This document shows, piece by piece, positions 39,250 through 49,747 of a stretch of 64,000 nt of DNA. Position 1 is the stretch's first letter. Every line of letters begins with the position of its first letter. The DNA is from Gammaproteobacteria bacterium (lineage in GTDB: Bacteria > Pseudomonadota > Gammaproteobacteria > JACQPQ01): NCBI GenBank assembly GCA_016207405.1, contig JACQPQ010000021.1, positions 4,936 to 68,935 of the forward strand, read 5' to 3'. A program made the position numbers and the translations under genes. The notes under the pieces were generated by a model. It saw only the letters and a program-made list of their open reading frames with translations, searched no databases and was not told where the DNA came from.

Positions 39250-39339
39250 CGAAAGTGGCGGAACTGGCAGACGCGCTGGGCTTAGAACCCAGTAGGGTAA
39301 TCATCCCCTGTGAGAGTTCGAGTCTCTCCTTTCGCACCA
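39249..39339 (+). tRNA. tRNA-Leu(TAG)
   Basis: Acceptor stem GCGAAAG/CTTTCGC-A-CCA; anticodon arm ctggg-ct-TAG-aa-cccag; long variable arm; GTTCGAG T-loop; upstream of tig. Confidence 0.95.
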
Positions 39340-39370
39340 AAGGGTTAACCGATATTTAAGGGGATTTTCC

Positions 39371-40681
39371 ATGCAAGTTTCAGTTGAACATTTATCCGCG
39401 CTCGAACGGCGATTGACGGTTCAGTTTCCCACAGAAACCATTCAAGAGAACATTCAAAAACGGTTATCCGAATTACAAAAAAAAGCGGTGATTAAAGGCT
39501 TTCGTCCGGGTAAAGTGCCCCTCTCGCTCGTAAGAGAGCGCTATACGCGCCAAATTCGAGAAGAAGTTGCACAAGAACACCTGGATGCCACCTGGAAAGA
39601 GGCATTTAGGGAAGCAGATCTGCATTCTGTGCATGCCCCCGTGTTAGAGTCCCTAGACTCCAATGCAGAAAGGGTGGAATACAAGCTCTGGTGTGAGGTG
39701 GCGCCTACTGTAGAACTTCAAGATCTCGCAACGTTAGAAATTGAAAAGCCGGCGGCTTCTATTACAGAAGAGGATATTGCAGAGGAAATTAAAACATTGC
39801 AGTGGAACAAGGCAGAATGGGTAAAAGTTGAACGTCCTCCCCAACAAGGGGATGAAGTCGTTTGTCATTTTACTGTCCAAACGGGTGAAGAAGCGTTTGC
39901 TGCGTTGAATCAAACCTATACCTTTAAAATGGGTGGTGACCTTATCCCACCTCCTCTTGAAAAAGCTTTAAAGGAAGAAGGCTCTCCAGGAAAAACACTG
40001 TCTGTGAACATTATTCCCAAAAAAGAAGAGGCGTTTCCTTTTAAGTTCTACGCAGATAAAACGCTTCGGCTTTCTGTAGAAATCAAAGCAGTACGGTCCC
40101 CTATTCTTCCAGAATTGAATGAGAATTTTTTTAAATCCTTTAACTCGGAAATCTCTGATTTCGAAGGTTTTCGATCTCATCTACACAAGCAAATGAGCAC
40201 ACGTTTAATAAGCTGTATAGAAGAAAAACAAATGAAAAATATTTGCCAGGTGTTGCTGGATGCTCATCCCCTTCCCGCGCTTCCTAAAACACAGGTTGCC
40301 GAAGAATTTTTGGGATTCAAACGGAATTATTTATCTTTTCAAAAATGGTTAGCTCGATCTTCTGGTTCTTCTGGCGAAGAATTTCCTGAAGAAGTAAAAA
40401 ATAATTTGGAAGCTAAAGCACGTAACCAAGTCGCCTTGAATTGGGTGATGAGGAAAATAATCGACACTTACTCTATTGTTGTCGATGAAAAAGAAATGCA
40501 AGCAGAATGGGAAATTCATCTTCGCGAACATCCATCACAAGAAGAGAAAGAACACAATAAAGAAGAATTACTTCAGGGAATACGCGCCAAACTGCTTGAA
40601 AAAAAAATATTCGAAACACTCTTGGCTCAGGCAAAATGTGTTGAAAAGAACTATTCTTATAAAGAGCTTGTGAAAGACTAA
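39371..40681 (+). CDS. tig: Trigger factor
   Basis: MQVSVE..S.LERRL, GFRPGKVP ribosome-binding motif; upstream of clpP-clpX. Confidence 0.95.
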   Translation: MQVSVEHLSALERRLTVQFPTETIQENIQKRLSELQKKAVIKGFRPGKVPLSLVRERYTRQIREEVAQEHLDATWKEAFREADLHSVHAPVLESLDSNAERVEYKLWCEVAPTVELQDLATLEIEKPAASITEEDIAEEIKTLQWNKAEWVKVERPPQQGDEVVCHFTVQTGEEAFAALNQTYTFKMGGDLIPPPLEKALKEEGSPGKTLSVNIIPKKEEAFPFKFYADKTLRLSVEIKAVRSPILPELNENFFKSFNSEISDFEGFRSHLHKQMSTRLISCIEEKQMKNICQVLLDAHPLPALPKTQVAEEFLGFKRNYLSFQKWLARSSGSSGEEFPEEVKNNLEAKARNQVALNWVMRKIIDTYSIVVDEKEMQAEWEIHLREHPSQEEKEHNKEELLQGIRAKLLEKKIFETLLAQAKCVEKNYSYKELVKD

Positions 40682-40716
40682 TGGATTGCCAGTTTTATTA
40701 AGGAGGCCACCGGATT

Positions 40717-41364
40717 ATGACAACCTTCCGAAGGAAGACCGTATCTACCTATTCTAGCTACGTACCCATGGTCATTGAGCAATCTTCTCGCGGAGAAAGA
40801 GCTTATGACATTTACTCACGCTTATTGAAAGAACGGGTGATATTTTTAGTGGGAACGTTAGATGAGCATGTGGCGAATGTCATCGTCGCTCAACTTTTAT
40901 TTTTGGAATCTGAAAATTCAGATAAAGATATTTATTTATATATTAATTCTCCAGGGGGCTCTGTGAGTGCAGGTATGGCGGTTTATGACACGATGCAGTT
41001 TATTAGACCGGCGGTGAGTACCTTGTGTGTAGGACAAGCGGCGAGTATGGGGGCCCTCCTTCTTGCGGGAGGAGAAGCTTCCAAGCGGTTTTGTTTACCG
41101 CATTCCAGAATTATGATCCATCAACCCTTGGGGGGGTTCCAAGGCCAAGCTTCCGATATTGCGATTCATGCGAATGAAATACTCAAAATCCGAACACGCT
41201 TAAATTCTATTTTGGCAAAACATACGGGTAAAACGGTCGAACAAGTGAGCAAGGATACCGACCGAGATTATTTTATGAGTCCAGAAGAAGCGTTGGAATA
41301 TGGGCTTATAGATGCCATACTGACTCGAAGAGAATCAGCAAATGAACGACGAGAAAAGTCCTAA
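40717..41364 (+). CDS. clpP: ATP-dependent Clp protease proteolytic subunit
   Basis: Motifs [36 protein letters not shown]. Confidence 0.99.
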   Translation: MTTFRRKTVSTYSSYVPMVIEQSSRGERAYDIYSRLLKERVIFLVGTLDEHVANVIVAQLLFLESENSDKDIYLYINSPGGSVSAGMAVYDTMQFIRPAVSTLCVGQAASMGALLLAGGEASKRFCLPHSRIMIHQPLGGFQGQASDIAIHANEILKIRTRLNSILAKHTGKTVEQVSKDTDRDYFMSPEEALEYGLIDAILTRRESANERREKS

Positions 41365-42688
41365 AATTCATAAAGCCTTCCATTGTTCTTTTTGTGGGAA
41401 AGGTCAGAATGAAGTTCATAAATTAATAGCGGGGCCTTCTGTTTTTATTTGCGATGAGTGCGTCAAACTTTGCACTGACATTATTTCAGAAGAGTTGAAA
41501 GAAAATAAACAACTGGGCGTTCACGCGGGGCTCGCAGTGCCTGCCGAAATTAAAACCTTTCTAGATGACTATATCATTGGACAGGAACAAGCTAAAAAAG
41601 TACTCTCTGTTGCGGTTTATAATCATTACAAGCGTTTGTTGTACCAACCAGAAGGTGGCAGCAAAGCATTGGGCGCTTCTTCCCAAAATTCCGTTGAACT
41701 AAGCAAAAGTAATATTTTACTGATTGGTCCTACCGGGAGCGGAAAAACATTATTAGCCGAAACGCTTGCCCGTTTTCTGAATGTTCCTTTTGCGATTGCG
41801 GATGCGACAACCCTCACAGAAGCCGGTTATGTAGGAGAAGATGTTGAAAACATCATTCAAAAACTTCTGCAGAAGTGTGCATTTGATGTTGAGAAAGCCA
41901 AGAAAGGAATTGTGTATATTGATGAGATCGACAAACTATCCCGAAAATCCGAAAATCCTTCCATCACTCGGGATGTTTCTGGCGAAGGGGTGCAGCAGGC
42001 GCTTCTAAAATTAATGGAAGGTACGACCGCGTCTGTTCCCCCGCAAGGCGGTCGAAAACACCCTCAACAAGAATACCTACAAGTAGATACCACGCACATT
42101 TTGTTTATCTGTGGGGGTGCTTTTGTAGGGCTTGAAAAAATCATCCGTGCCCGTTCTGACCAAACGGGCATTGGGTTTTCTGCCCAGTTATCTTCTGCCA
42201 AGCATCCCAAGGATTTAGAGGCAACCCTTGAAGCCGTTGAACCTCAAGATTTAATCAAATACGGGATGATCCCCGAGTTTGTAGGCCGGCTGCCTATTGT
42301 CACCACCTTACATGAACTGGATGAATCCGCATTGGTTCGAATTTTAAAAGAACCTAAAAATGCGCTTATCAAGCAATATAAAAAATTGTTTGAACTGGAA
42401 CAAGTGGAATTAGACCTTCGAGAGGATGCGCTGGGCGCCATTGCAAAGCGCGCCATGCAAAGAAAAACCGGTGCACGAGGCTTGCGGTCCATTTTGGAAA
42501 AAGTTTTGCTCGATACGATGTATAAGTTACCGTCTTTAAAGTCTTTGAAAAACGTATCCAAAGTGGTAGTGGATGCTTCTGTCATTTATGAAAAAACAAA
42601 ACCTCTTTTTATTTATCAGCCCATCGATAAAAAAGCCAAAGAGAATAGAGAAAAGGAAGAAGTCGCAGTAGGTCGGATTCAAGCGTAA
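41342..42688 (+). CDS. clpX: Clp protease ATP-binding subunit
   Basis: Zinc finger CSFCGK...[34 protein letters not shown] loop, TGARGLR. Confidence 0.99.
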   Translation: MNDEKSPKIHKAFHCSFCGKGQNEVHKLIAGPSVFICDECVKLCTDIISEELKENKQLGVHAGLAVPAEIKTFLDDYIIGQEQAKKVLSVAVYNHYKRLLYQPEGGSKALGASSQNSVELSKSNILLIGPTGSGKTLLAETLARFLNVPFAIADATTLTEAGYVGEDVENIIQKLLQKCAFDVEKAKKGIVYIDEIDKLSRKSENPSITRDVSGEGVQQALLKLMEGTTASVPPQGGRKHPQQEYLQVDTTHILFICGGAFVGLEKIIRARSDQTGIGFSAQLSSAKHPKDLEATLEAVEPQDLIKYGMIPEFVGRLPIVTTLHELDESALVRILKEPKNALIKQYKKLFELEQVELDLREDALGAIAKRAMQRKTGARGLRSILEKVLLDTMYKLPSLKSLKNVSKVVVDASVIYEKTKPLFIYQPIDKKAKENREKEEVAVGRIQA

Positions 42689-42728
42689 ACGCAGATCTGA
42701 GTAGGGTGGACAAAGCGAGCGGTCCACC
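42668..42728 (+). repeat. REP C remnant overlapping the clpX 3' end, then REP A (42701-42728)
   Basis: gtaggtcggattcaagcgtaa encodes the ClpX tail VGRIQA*, followed by gtagggtggacaaagcgagcggtccacc. Confidence 0.8.
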
Positions 42729-42740
42729 AATTTTAAGGAA

Positions 42741-43322
42741 TCACAATCCCATCGGAAGTCCCACCCCCATTTGAATCAAAGGCCGAGCAACCAGGATACT
42801 TAAAAGTTGCAAGGCAATTAGAATCACTACGGGAGAAATATCGATAATACCGAATGGAGGGATGAGTCGCCTCACCCTGTTTAAAAGAGGTTCGGTGAGC
42901 TGATGGATGAGAGACAAGAAAGGATTAAAGGTGTGAGGAGATATCCAACTCGCTATCACCCGTATAAGAATCGAAAAGAAGTAAATCTGGATAGCGAGTT
43001 GGATGGATTCTCCCAAACCGCCGACCAAAAATCCAACGACTCGGATAGCCATTCCAGATAAAAGCGCAATCAAAAAGAATCGCAAACCTTCGAGCGCGAT
43101 TATGATGCAAAAGCAAGCGACATTGAACTTTCGAACCGAAGGAATGAAAGACACGATGGAAATGAGGGGACGCGAGAGCCTCATAAAAAACTGAGAAATA
43201 GGGTTTCCCGTATCCGCATTTACCGCTTCTAATAAAAAGCGCATCATAAAAACAAAACTTGCCGCACCAAAAAAAAGAGTGATCAAAAAGAAACTGGCTT
43301 CAGTCATGGGATGTGTGATCAT
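42741..43322 (-). CDS. yggT: YggT family membrane protein
   Basis: Motifs AD..NPISQF, I.SWI.P...NP....L..LTEPLL..VRR.IPP.G..D.SP; follows proC. Confidence 0.92.
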   Translation of the reverse strand: MITHPMTEASFFLITLFFGAASFVFMMRFLLEAVNADTGNPISQFFMRLSRPLISIVSFIPSVRKFNVACFCIIIALEGLRFFLIALLSGMAIRVVGFLVGGLGESIQLAIQIYFFSILIRVIASWISPHTFNPFLSLIHQLTEPLLNRVRRLIPPFGIIDISPVVILIALQLLSILVARPLIQMGVGLPMGL

Positions 43323-43342
43323 AAATATAATCCTTCAAATTC

Positions 43343-44167
43343 TTATTCTTCCACAAGTCCTAACTGTTTAGACCGAAGAAAAGCGGCGCGGACTGCCTTT
43401 TGAATAATTTCTTTTGTCCTAGCGGCATTCAAAACCTTAAATGCCGCTTCTGTGGTCCCTCCTTTTGAAGTCACTTGTGCTCGGAGGTGAGAAAGTTTTT
43501 TCTTAGTTTTTAAAGCCAGTGTAGCCGAACCGAGAGCCGTTTGTACAACCAACGTGTGGGCCATGGGTGAGTGCAATCCCAATTCAATAGCAACCGCCTC
43601 GAGGGCTTCCATCAACCCCAAAAAATAGGCAGGGCCACTGCCAGATATGGCGGTTACAACGTCTAAGAGGGCTTCATCCTTTATCCATGCCGTGCATCCT
43701 ACGGATTGCATTATCGCTTCGGCCAATCGTTTTTGCTGCACCGATACGGCTCTCGTTGCATACAGAGCCGTCATACCTTGGCCAATCAAGGCTGGTGTAT
43801 TCGGCATAGAGCGGACAATAGCGCCTGTTTTTAAACCCAATACTTTTTGAATCGTTTGGGTACGCACTCCTGCCACGATAGAGAGAATAAGAGGTAGTTG
43901 TTTTTTGATAAAGACGGCAATGCTTTTCGCGGCTTCTCTCAAATGCTGTGGTTTGACTGCAAACACAATGATCTGACTTTCTTTTGTAACGGTCATATTA
44001 TCCAAGGAAGTGTGTATGCCGAATTTCCGATGGAGACGAGTGAGCTTGTAACGGTTCGGATCGCTCGCCCCTATATTTTTAGGATTGCAGCCCGCATGAC
44101 ATAAGCCAGTAACCAAACTGCTTGCCATGTTACCGCCACCGATGATCGCAATTTTAGGAATGATCAT
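43343..44167 (-). CDS. proC: Pyrroline-5-carboxylate reductase
   Basis: Motifs IGGGNMA, AVKPQ, R.MPNTPA, VTAISGSGPAY, VTSKGGTT. Confidence 0.98.
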   Translation of the reverse strand: MIIPKIAIIGGGNMASSLVTGLCHAGCNPKNIGASDPNRYKLTRLHRKFGIHTSLDNMTVTKESQIIVFAVKPQHLREAAKSIAVFIKKQLPLILSIVAGVRTQTIQKVLGLKTGAIVRSMPNTPALIGQGMTALYATRAVSVQQKRLAEAIMQSVGCTAWIKDEALLDVVTAISGSGPAYFLGLMEALEAVAIELGLHSPMAHTLVVQTALGSATLALKTKKKLSHLRAQVTSKGGTTEAAFKVLNAARTKEIIQKAVRAAFLRSKQLGLVEE

Positions 44168-44822
44168 ACTGTTTTAGCCATGGGATCAACTCTTTGATAG
44201 TATCAATACACCCCACTGGCGCAAAGGGTAACAGCTGTTCGCGACTGCGGGTCCCATAGCTCACGGCTAAAGCAGGGACTTTGGCGGAAGTTGCCATTTC
44301 AAGGTCGTATTCGGTATCTCCTATCATAAGTGCTTCTTCAGGGCCCACTCGCATTTCTTTGAGCAATTCGTAAAGCATGCGAGGGCTGGGTTTCGATTCC
44401 GTCTCATCGGCTGTTCGCGTGGAAATAAAAAAGGAAGATAAATTATGAATTTTTAGGGATTTTTCAAGTCCTTGGCGGTGTTTCCCGGTAGCGATGGCTA
44501 ACTGATATTCGCCTTGCAAAATTTTTAACACATCCAGCACACCCTCAAAAAGCGTTTCAGGGTGAATGACCGCTTCATCCCATGTTTTCCAATAGATTTC
44601 CCGATATTTTTGCATCAAAGTAGCTCGTTCATTGGGTGTCGCGCCAGGCGCGATCGCGTCAATCGATTCTACAAGACCCAATCCAATGACTTTTTTAATC
44701 GCGATGTCTTCTGGAATAGGCTGGTTTAATTCCGCTGCAGCCTGTTGAACACAGAAAACAATATGAGCGGTGGAATTAACGAGTGTGCCGTCCCAGTCGA
44801 AGATTAAAAGTTTTAATGGCAT
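44154..44822 (-). CDS. HAD-IA family hydrolase (phosphoglycolate phosphatase-like)
   Basis: Motifs IFDWDGTL, ATGK...GL, SKP.P.ML, MIGDT.YD; next to rluC. Confidence 0.92.
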   Translation of the reverse strand: MPLKLLIFDWDGTLVNSTAHIVFCVQQAAAELNQPIPEDIAIKKVIGLGLVESIDAIAPGATPNERATLMQKYREIYWKTWDEAVIHPETLFEGVLDVLKILQGEYQLAIATGKHRQGLEKSLKIHNLSSFFISTRTADETESKPSPRMLYELLKEMRVGPEEALMIGDTEYDLEMATSAKVPALAVSYGTRSREQLLPFAPVGCIDTIKELIPWLKQYDHS

Positions 44823-44835
44823 AAGGGGTTAGTGG

Positions 44836-45813
44836 TTAGTGATTAGTGGTTGGTGGAGTCGGTAGGAGAGGCGCAAGCAGACGAACCAGGCATTTTTTTA
44901 ACTCCTCAGGCAATGGGGCCGTAATATTCATAACTTTCTTCTTATCTGGCAGCTTAAAAGCGATTTGATGCGCATGCAAAAACAATCGTGCTAAGCCATA
45001 TTGGCGCATGTGTTGATTAAACTTTTTGTCCCCATATTTTTCATCTCCGGCTATTGCGTGACCTATCGCTTGTGCATGGACGCGGATCTGATGCGTGCGT
45101 CCTGTATGGGGCCGCACTTCTACTAAGGTCGTTTCCTTGTAGACATTGATGGGGGTAAAAGTTGTATGAGCCATTTTACCTTCTTTTTTCACACAAACCA
45201 TTCGTTCACCCGAAACCAGTTGGCTTTTAAATAAGGGGAGTTCTACATTTTTGTGTTTGAAAGAACAGTGTCCTTTCAGCAAGGCGAGATAGATTTTTTG
45301 TACAGTCCCATGTACAAACTGTTCATGAAGATATTTTAAAACGCTTCTTTTGCAAGCAAATAGCAAACACCCAGAGGAGTCTTTGTCCAACCGATGGACT
45401 AATTCCAATGAGGTGTTTTCTGAGATCATTTTCCGAATAATATCGATAATACTATAAGCAAGCCCACTGCCTCCTTGGACGGCGAAACCAGACGGTTTAT
45501 TGATGACGAGTATATTTTCATCTTTATGGAGTATGGAGGCTTGAAATAATTGAAGAACGCGAGGCGGAATTTCAGGAATCGTAGAAGGTTCAGGAAGACT
45601 AAGGGGTGGAAGGCGGACTTCATCGCCTTCCGCTAAATGGTAGCTGGGCTTCACCCGTTTTTTGTTTACTCGCACCTGCCCCGTTCGTATTAAACGATAT
45701 AGGGCACTTTTGGGTAGCCCTTTTAACCGACTCTTTAAAAAATTATCCAAGCGTTGGTTGTAAAACGAAGGAGCAACGGAAAGGATAGAAACAGGGGTTT
45801 TGGTAGGGTACAT
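44836..45813 (-). CDS. rluC: 23S rRNA pseudouridine synthase RluC
   Basis: S4 domain QRLDNFL...G.VRVNKKR, NKPSG.AV.GGSG, HRLDKD.SG, TGRTHQIRVH, RLFLHA. Confidence 0.95.
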   Translation of the reverse strand: MYPTKTPVSILSVAPSFYNQRLDNFLKSRLKGLPKSALYRLIRTGQVRVNKKRVKPSYHLAEGDEVRLPPLSLPEPSTIPEIPPRVLQLFQASILHKDENILVINKPSGFAVQGGSGLAYSIIDIIRKMISENTSLELVHRLDKDSSGCLLFACKRSVLKYLHEQFVHGTVQKIYLALLKGHCSFKHKNVELPLFKSQLVSGERMVCVKKEGKMAHTTFTPINVYKETTLVEVRPHTGRTHQIRVHAQAIGHAIAGDEKYGDKKFNQHMRQYGLARLFLHAHQIAFKLPDKKKVMNITAPLPEELKKCLVRLLAPLLPTPPTTNH

Positions 45814-45834
45814 AGGGCTATTTGCTGAAGTTAC

Positions 45835-47577
45835 TTATTCTTTGGAAAATGGTCGAAGATGTTCTATCCGCAAAACCAGGCGCTCATCTTGAGTATAGTC
45901 ATCCATATTAAGTTGATATACAAACTCTGCATACTGACAATGTGGATTCGGCCATTTATCTTGTTCAATGTTAAAGGCGATGGCTTCTATGGGTTTTGTC
46001 GTCGACTGCGTGTCCATAGGCACCACACGCATCTTTAAATGTTTTTTGGCAACCAAACGCTGTTCTAAAATTTGAAATTTGCCATCAAAACAAGGTTCTG
46101 GAAAATTCTGCCCCCAGGGTCCGGCTTGTTTTAAAGCCAGCGCCATTTCTAAGCAAAAGTCAGATTCTTTTAACGTACCATCTGTCATAATTTTGCCTTG
46201 CAAATGTTCCTTTTGGAGGTGTCCTGATAGCGTTTCATTAAAGGCCAACTTAAATCGTTCATAGTGATCTGGGGTGATAGACAGCCCTGCTGCCATGGCA
46301 TGTCCACCGAATCCTTTGATCAGATTAGGATATCGAGTCGCTATCGCCTCCAACACATCTCGTATATGAACGCCTGGAATCGAACGGCCCGATCCTTTGA
46401 GTTCTTCCGCATTGTGTTGTGCAAAAGCAATGACTGGACGATGAAACCGTTCTTTAAGTTTACCTGCCAAGATCCCAATGACACCCGGATGCCAGCTGGG
46501 ATGATAGACACAAAGCCCAAAGGGGATATTTTCCGGTTCTAAACGGAGTGAGGCTAGAGTGTCGTTCGCTTCTTGTTCCATGGTCGCTAAAATGTTACGC
46601 CTCTCACGGTTCAAGGCATCCAGTTCGCGAGCCAATGGAAGGGCTTCTTTAAGTTCTTTAGCGAGGAGACAGCGAATACCAACCGACATATCTTCTAATC
46701 GCCCTGCGGCATTTAAACGAGGCGCTACTAAAAATCCTAAATCTGAGGTCGTAACGGAATGAAATTTTTTACCGGCGATGGATAACAAAGCGCGTATGCC
46801 TGCACACGCACGTCCAGTTTGAATGCGGGTAAGTCCATGGTGCACTAAAATTCGGTTGTTTTGATCGAAGGGTACAACATCGGCAACGGTTCCGAGCGCA
46901 ACGAGATCTAACAGTTCGGCCAAATTAGGTTCTTTTTTACCTTGAAACAAAAACCAGTGCTGTTCTCGTAAAAAGGCGCGGAGTGCCAGCATGACATAAA
47001 AAATAACCCCAACCCCCGCTAAATGTTTGCTTGGAAAAAGATCACAAGGCAAATTGGGGTTCACAGTCGCATCTGCGGGAGGAAGACAAGCACCAGGTAA
47101 ATGATGGTCAGTCACCAGAACGGAAATCTCTTTTTGACGGGCAGCTTCTACACCCTCTATGCTTGAAATGCCATTGTCTACCGTCACGATAAGGTTGGGA
47201 TGGGCAGTCGCGGCAACTTCTACAATTTCTGGCGTTAATCCATAGCCAAATTTAAAACGATTGGGTACCAAAAAATCCACATGAAGAAACCCCATCGCTT
47301 GAAGCGCCTTTATGGCGACAACGGTGCTGGTTGCGCCATCGGCATCAAAATCTCCTATGATTAACACCCGGCCTTGCTCTTTAAGGTTTTTGAATAAAAG
47401 GTGTACGGCATTCTCAATACCGGATAATGAATGAAACGGTAAAAGTTTTTGGAGGCGAAGTTCCAATTCTTCGTCGTTTGAGAGGCCTCGCGCAAGATAA
47501 ATGCGTTGTAAAAGCGGGTGAACTTTTTGTGAAAAATTTCCTTTTGCTGAAAGTGGGGCGCGATGTGCGATTAACAT
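45835..47577 (-). CDS. recJ: Single-stranded-DNA exonuclease RecJ
   Basis: Motifs GDFDADGA, VPNRF..GYGL, TVDNGI, TDHH, LGTVADVV, PRLNAAGRL, GGHAMAAG. Confidence 0.98.
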   Translation of the reverse strand: MLIAHRAPLSAKGNFSQKVHPLLQRIYLARGLSNDEELELRLQKLLPFHSLSGIENAVHLLFKNLKEQGRVLIIGDFDADGATSTVVAIKALQAMGFLHVDFLVPNRFKFGYGLTPEIVEVAATAHPNLIVTVDNGISSIEGVEAARQKEISVLVTDHHLPGACLPPADATVNPNLPCDLFPSKHLAGVGVIFYVMLALRAFLREQHWFLFQGKKEPNLAELLDLVALGTVADVVPFDQNNRILVHHGLTRIQTGRACAGIRALLSIAGKKFHSVTTSDLGFLVAPRLNAAGRLEDMSVGIRCLLAKELKEALPLARELDALNRERRNILATMEQEANDTLASLRLEPENIPFGLCVYHPSWHPGVIGILAGKLKERFHRPVIAFAQHNAEELKGSGRSIPGVHIRDVLEAIATRYPNLIKGFGGHAMAAGLSITPDHYERFKLAFNETLSGHLQKEHLQGKIMTDGTLKESDFCLEMALALKQAGPWGQNFPEPCFDGKFQILEQRLVAKKHLKMRVVPMDTQSTTKPIEAIAFNIEQDKWPNPHCQYAEFVYQLNMDDYTQDERLVLRIEHLRPFSKE

Positions 47578-47632
47578 TCACTTCTCCCTTACCCCTCACC
47601 CCTCTCCCGCTGGTGCGGGAGAGGGGTGTTTT

Positions 47633-48205
47633 TTAGATCCAATAAGCCACCGTCGTCATAATTTTTGCCATGCGGGCCATGCACCAGCGTACCGGCTTGG
47701 GTAATAGAATGCCTCCGTCTTTAAGTGCATGGGTGGCATGCCGTGCTTCATCTTGTTTCATATGTTCAAGAAGGATTCTGCTCTTCTCGTCAGAACTAGG
47801 TAAAAGATTTAGGTGGTTTTCTAAATGACGAACCACCTGTCGTTCGGTTTCAGCTACAAACCCCAATGCAAAGCGGTTCCCCAATAACCCAGCTCCAGCG
47901 CCCACTAAAAAAGCACCCGCATACCATACTCTATTTAAACGACTGGGCTTTGCCTCTAATTGCTGAAGTCGTTCTTGGCACCACAAAAGGTGATAGTTTT
48001 CTTCTTCGGCGGCTTTTAAAAATTTTTGCTTACAGTGAGGCGAAGCGGTGGCGGCATGCCCTCGATACAGGGCTTGTGCACAGACTTCCCCCGCATGATT
48101 TACACGCATGAGATGCGCGGAATGTTTTTGGCGAGCGCTTTCTGAAAGGCAATGAATGAGTTTACGAAGACTTTTATCAAAGCGAATAATCCATGCGTCT
48201 CCCAC
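47633..48205 (-). CDS. coq7: Demethoxyubiquinone hydroxylase Coq7
   Basis: Motifs LMRVNHAGEVCAQALY.G, EE..HL.WC..RL, GFV.ETE.QV..HL, DE..HA. Confidence 0.95.
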   Translation of the reverse strand: MGDAWIIRFDKSLRKLIHCLSESARQKHSAHLMRVNHAGEVCAQALYRGHAATASPHCKQKFLKAAEEENYHLLWCQERLQQLEAKPSRLNRVWYAGAFLVGAGAGLLGNRFALGFVAETERQVVRHLENHLNLLPSSDEKSRILLEHMKQDEARHATHALKDGGILLPKPVRWCMARMAKIMTTVAYWI

Positions 48206-48253
48206 AAGCTTTTCCTCTCGTCCCCAGCCCTTCCCCCTTATTCCTTACCCCTT

Positions 48254-48652
48254 TTATCGTTTAGAGTACTGGGCTCTCTTCCGTGCTTTGTGAAGGCCGT
48301 ATTTTTTGCGTTCTACTTTACGCGCATCGCGTGTTAAAAGACCACGCCCTCGTAATTGAGAACGTAAGGTCTCGTCATACTGCAGTAAAGACCGAGCGAT
48401 CCCTAATCGAACAGCGCCTGCCTGACCACTTAAGCCGCCCCCTTTTACATTGACAAGAATGCGAAATTTATCCACCAATTGTGTGGCTTCTTGGGGTTGG
48501 CGAATAATCATTAAGGCTGTTTTACGGCCAAAATACTGCTCCACCGGTTTACCATTGACAATGATGTCGCTTGTTTTTGCTTTCTTAAGAAACACTCTTG
48601 CAACGGCTGTCTTGCGACGCCCCGTTCCGTGATAAGTTTTAGTTTTGACCAT
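48254..48652 (-). CDS. rpsI: 30S ribosomal protein S9
   Basis: Motifs GTGRRK.AVARV, GGG.SGQAGA, RDAR.VERKK.G..KAR, SKR. Confidence 0.99.
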   Translation of the reverse strand: MVKTKTYHGTGRRKTAVARVFLKKAKTSDIIVNGKPVEQYFGRKTALMIIRQPQEATQLVDKFRILVNVKGGGLSGQAGAVRLGIARSLLQYDETLRSQLRGRGLLTRDARKVERKKYGLHKARKRAQYSKR

Positions 48653-48664
48653 AAGTTTTGTTTT

Positions 48665-49093
48665 TTAAAGCGACAACGTTTTAGGCTGTTGAGCAGTATG
48701 CTGGTGTGAAGGACCTGCATAAATTTTGAGTTTTTTAGCCATGGCTCTCCCTAATGGGTTTTTAGGCAGCATCCCACAAACAGCTTGACGGATAATGCGC
48801 TCTGGAAATTTGGCTAATAAGTCTCGAAACGAGATGGTTTTAATGCCACCTGGGTAGCCAGAGTGATGGGTGTACATTTTGTCCATAAACTTTCGCCCTG
48901 TGACTCGAATTTTTTCGGCATTGATAACAATGACGTAATCTCCCGTATCGGCATTGGGCGTAAACTCTGGTTTATGTTTGCCGCGCAAAATCAGAGCAAT
49001 TTTACTAGCCAGTCTTCCTAAAACTTGGGTTTCGGCATCCACCACAATCCAGTTGTGTTGAATATTATTTTTTTTTGCAACGTAGGTTTTCAT
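48665..49093 (-). CDS. rplM: 50S ribosomal protein L13
   Basis: Starts MKTY; motifs VDA....LGRLAS, GKHKP.FTP..DTGD, H.GYPGG, GMLPK. Confidence 0.99.
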   Translation of the reverse strand: MKTYVAKKNNIQHNWIVVDAETQVLGRLASKIALILRGKHKPEFTPNADTGDYVIVINAEKIRVTGRKFMDKMYTHHSGYPGGIKTISFRDLLAKFPERIIRQAVCGMLPKNPLGRAMAKKLKIYAGPSHQHTAQQPKTLSL

Positions 49094-49125
49094 AGCAAGA
49101 AGCCATGTTACACAAGTTAAAAATA

Positions 49126-49737
49126 TCACACAAGACCTAAATGTCGTAATAGACTGCCTTGGCGCACTTTTTGAACAGCCATTGAAAGAGAGCTGGCCTC
49201 TATAATAGAGCGAAGGCTCTTTAAGGCAGAATCGAAATGGTCGTTGACAACCAAATAATCATATTCCTTGTAGTGTGAAAGCTCTTGTTTGGCTTCGGAC
49301 AGTCTTCTCTGAATGGTTGCGGGTTTGTCTTGCCCTCTACCTTCTAGTCGTTCCTGCAAGGACGCTAGTGAAGGGGGCACAATAAAAATACCCACCGTTT
49401 CCTTAAAAAGAGCTCGAACCTGCCTGGCGCCTTGCCAGTCAATTTCCAAAATAACATCCTTCCCTTGTTTTAAAATGTCCTCTACTTGTTGCTTGGAGGT
49501 TCCATAATAATGTTCAAACACTCGGGCATATTCTAAAAAATCTTGTTTTTGAATCATGTCTTTGAAAGCACTATCCGACACGAAATGATAATGCACGTCT
49601 TTTTTCTCATCGACTCTTTTAGGGCGTGTTGTATAAGAAATAGAGGCTTGCAGATGGGTTTCTTCTTCAAGCAACGCTTTCAAAAGGCTAGTTTTTCCAG
49701 CGCCAGAAGGTGCGGAAATAATAAAGAGTGTGTTCAT
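49126..49737 (-). CDS. gmk: Guanylate kinase
   Basis: Motifs [30 protein letters not shown]. Confidence 0.98.
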   Translation of the reverse strand: MNTLFIISAPSGAGKTSLLKALLEEETHLQASISYTTRPKRVDEKKDVHYHFVSDSAFKDMIQKQDFLEYARVFEHYYGTSKQQVEDILKQGKDVILEIDWQGARQVRALFKETVGIFIVPPSLASLQERLEGRGQDKPATIQRRLSEAKQELSHYKEYDYLVVNDHFDSALKSLRSIIEASSLSMAVQKVRQGSLLRHLGLV

Positions 49738-49747
49738 TATTCTTCAG

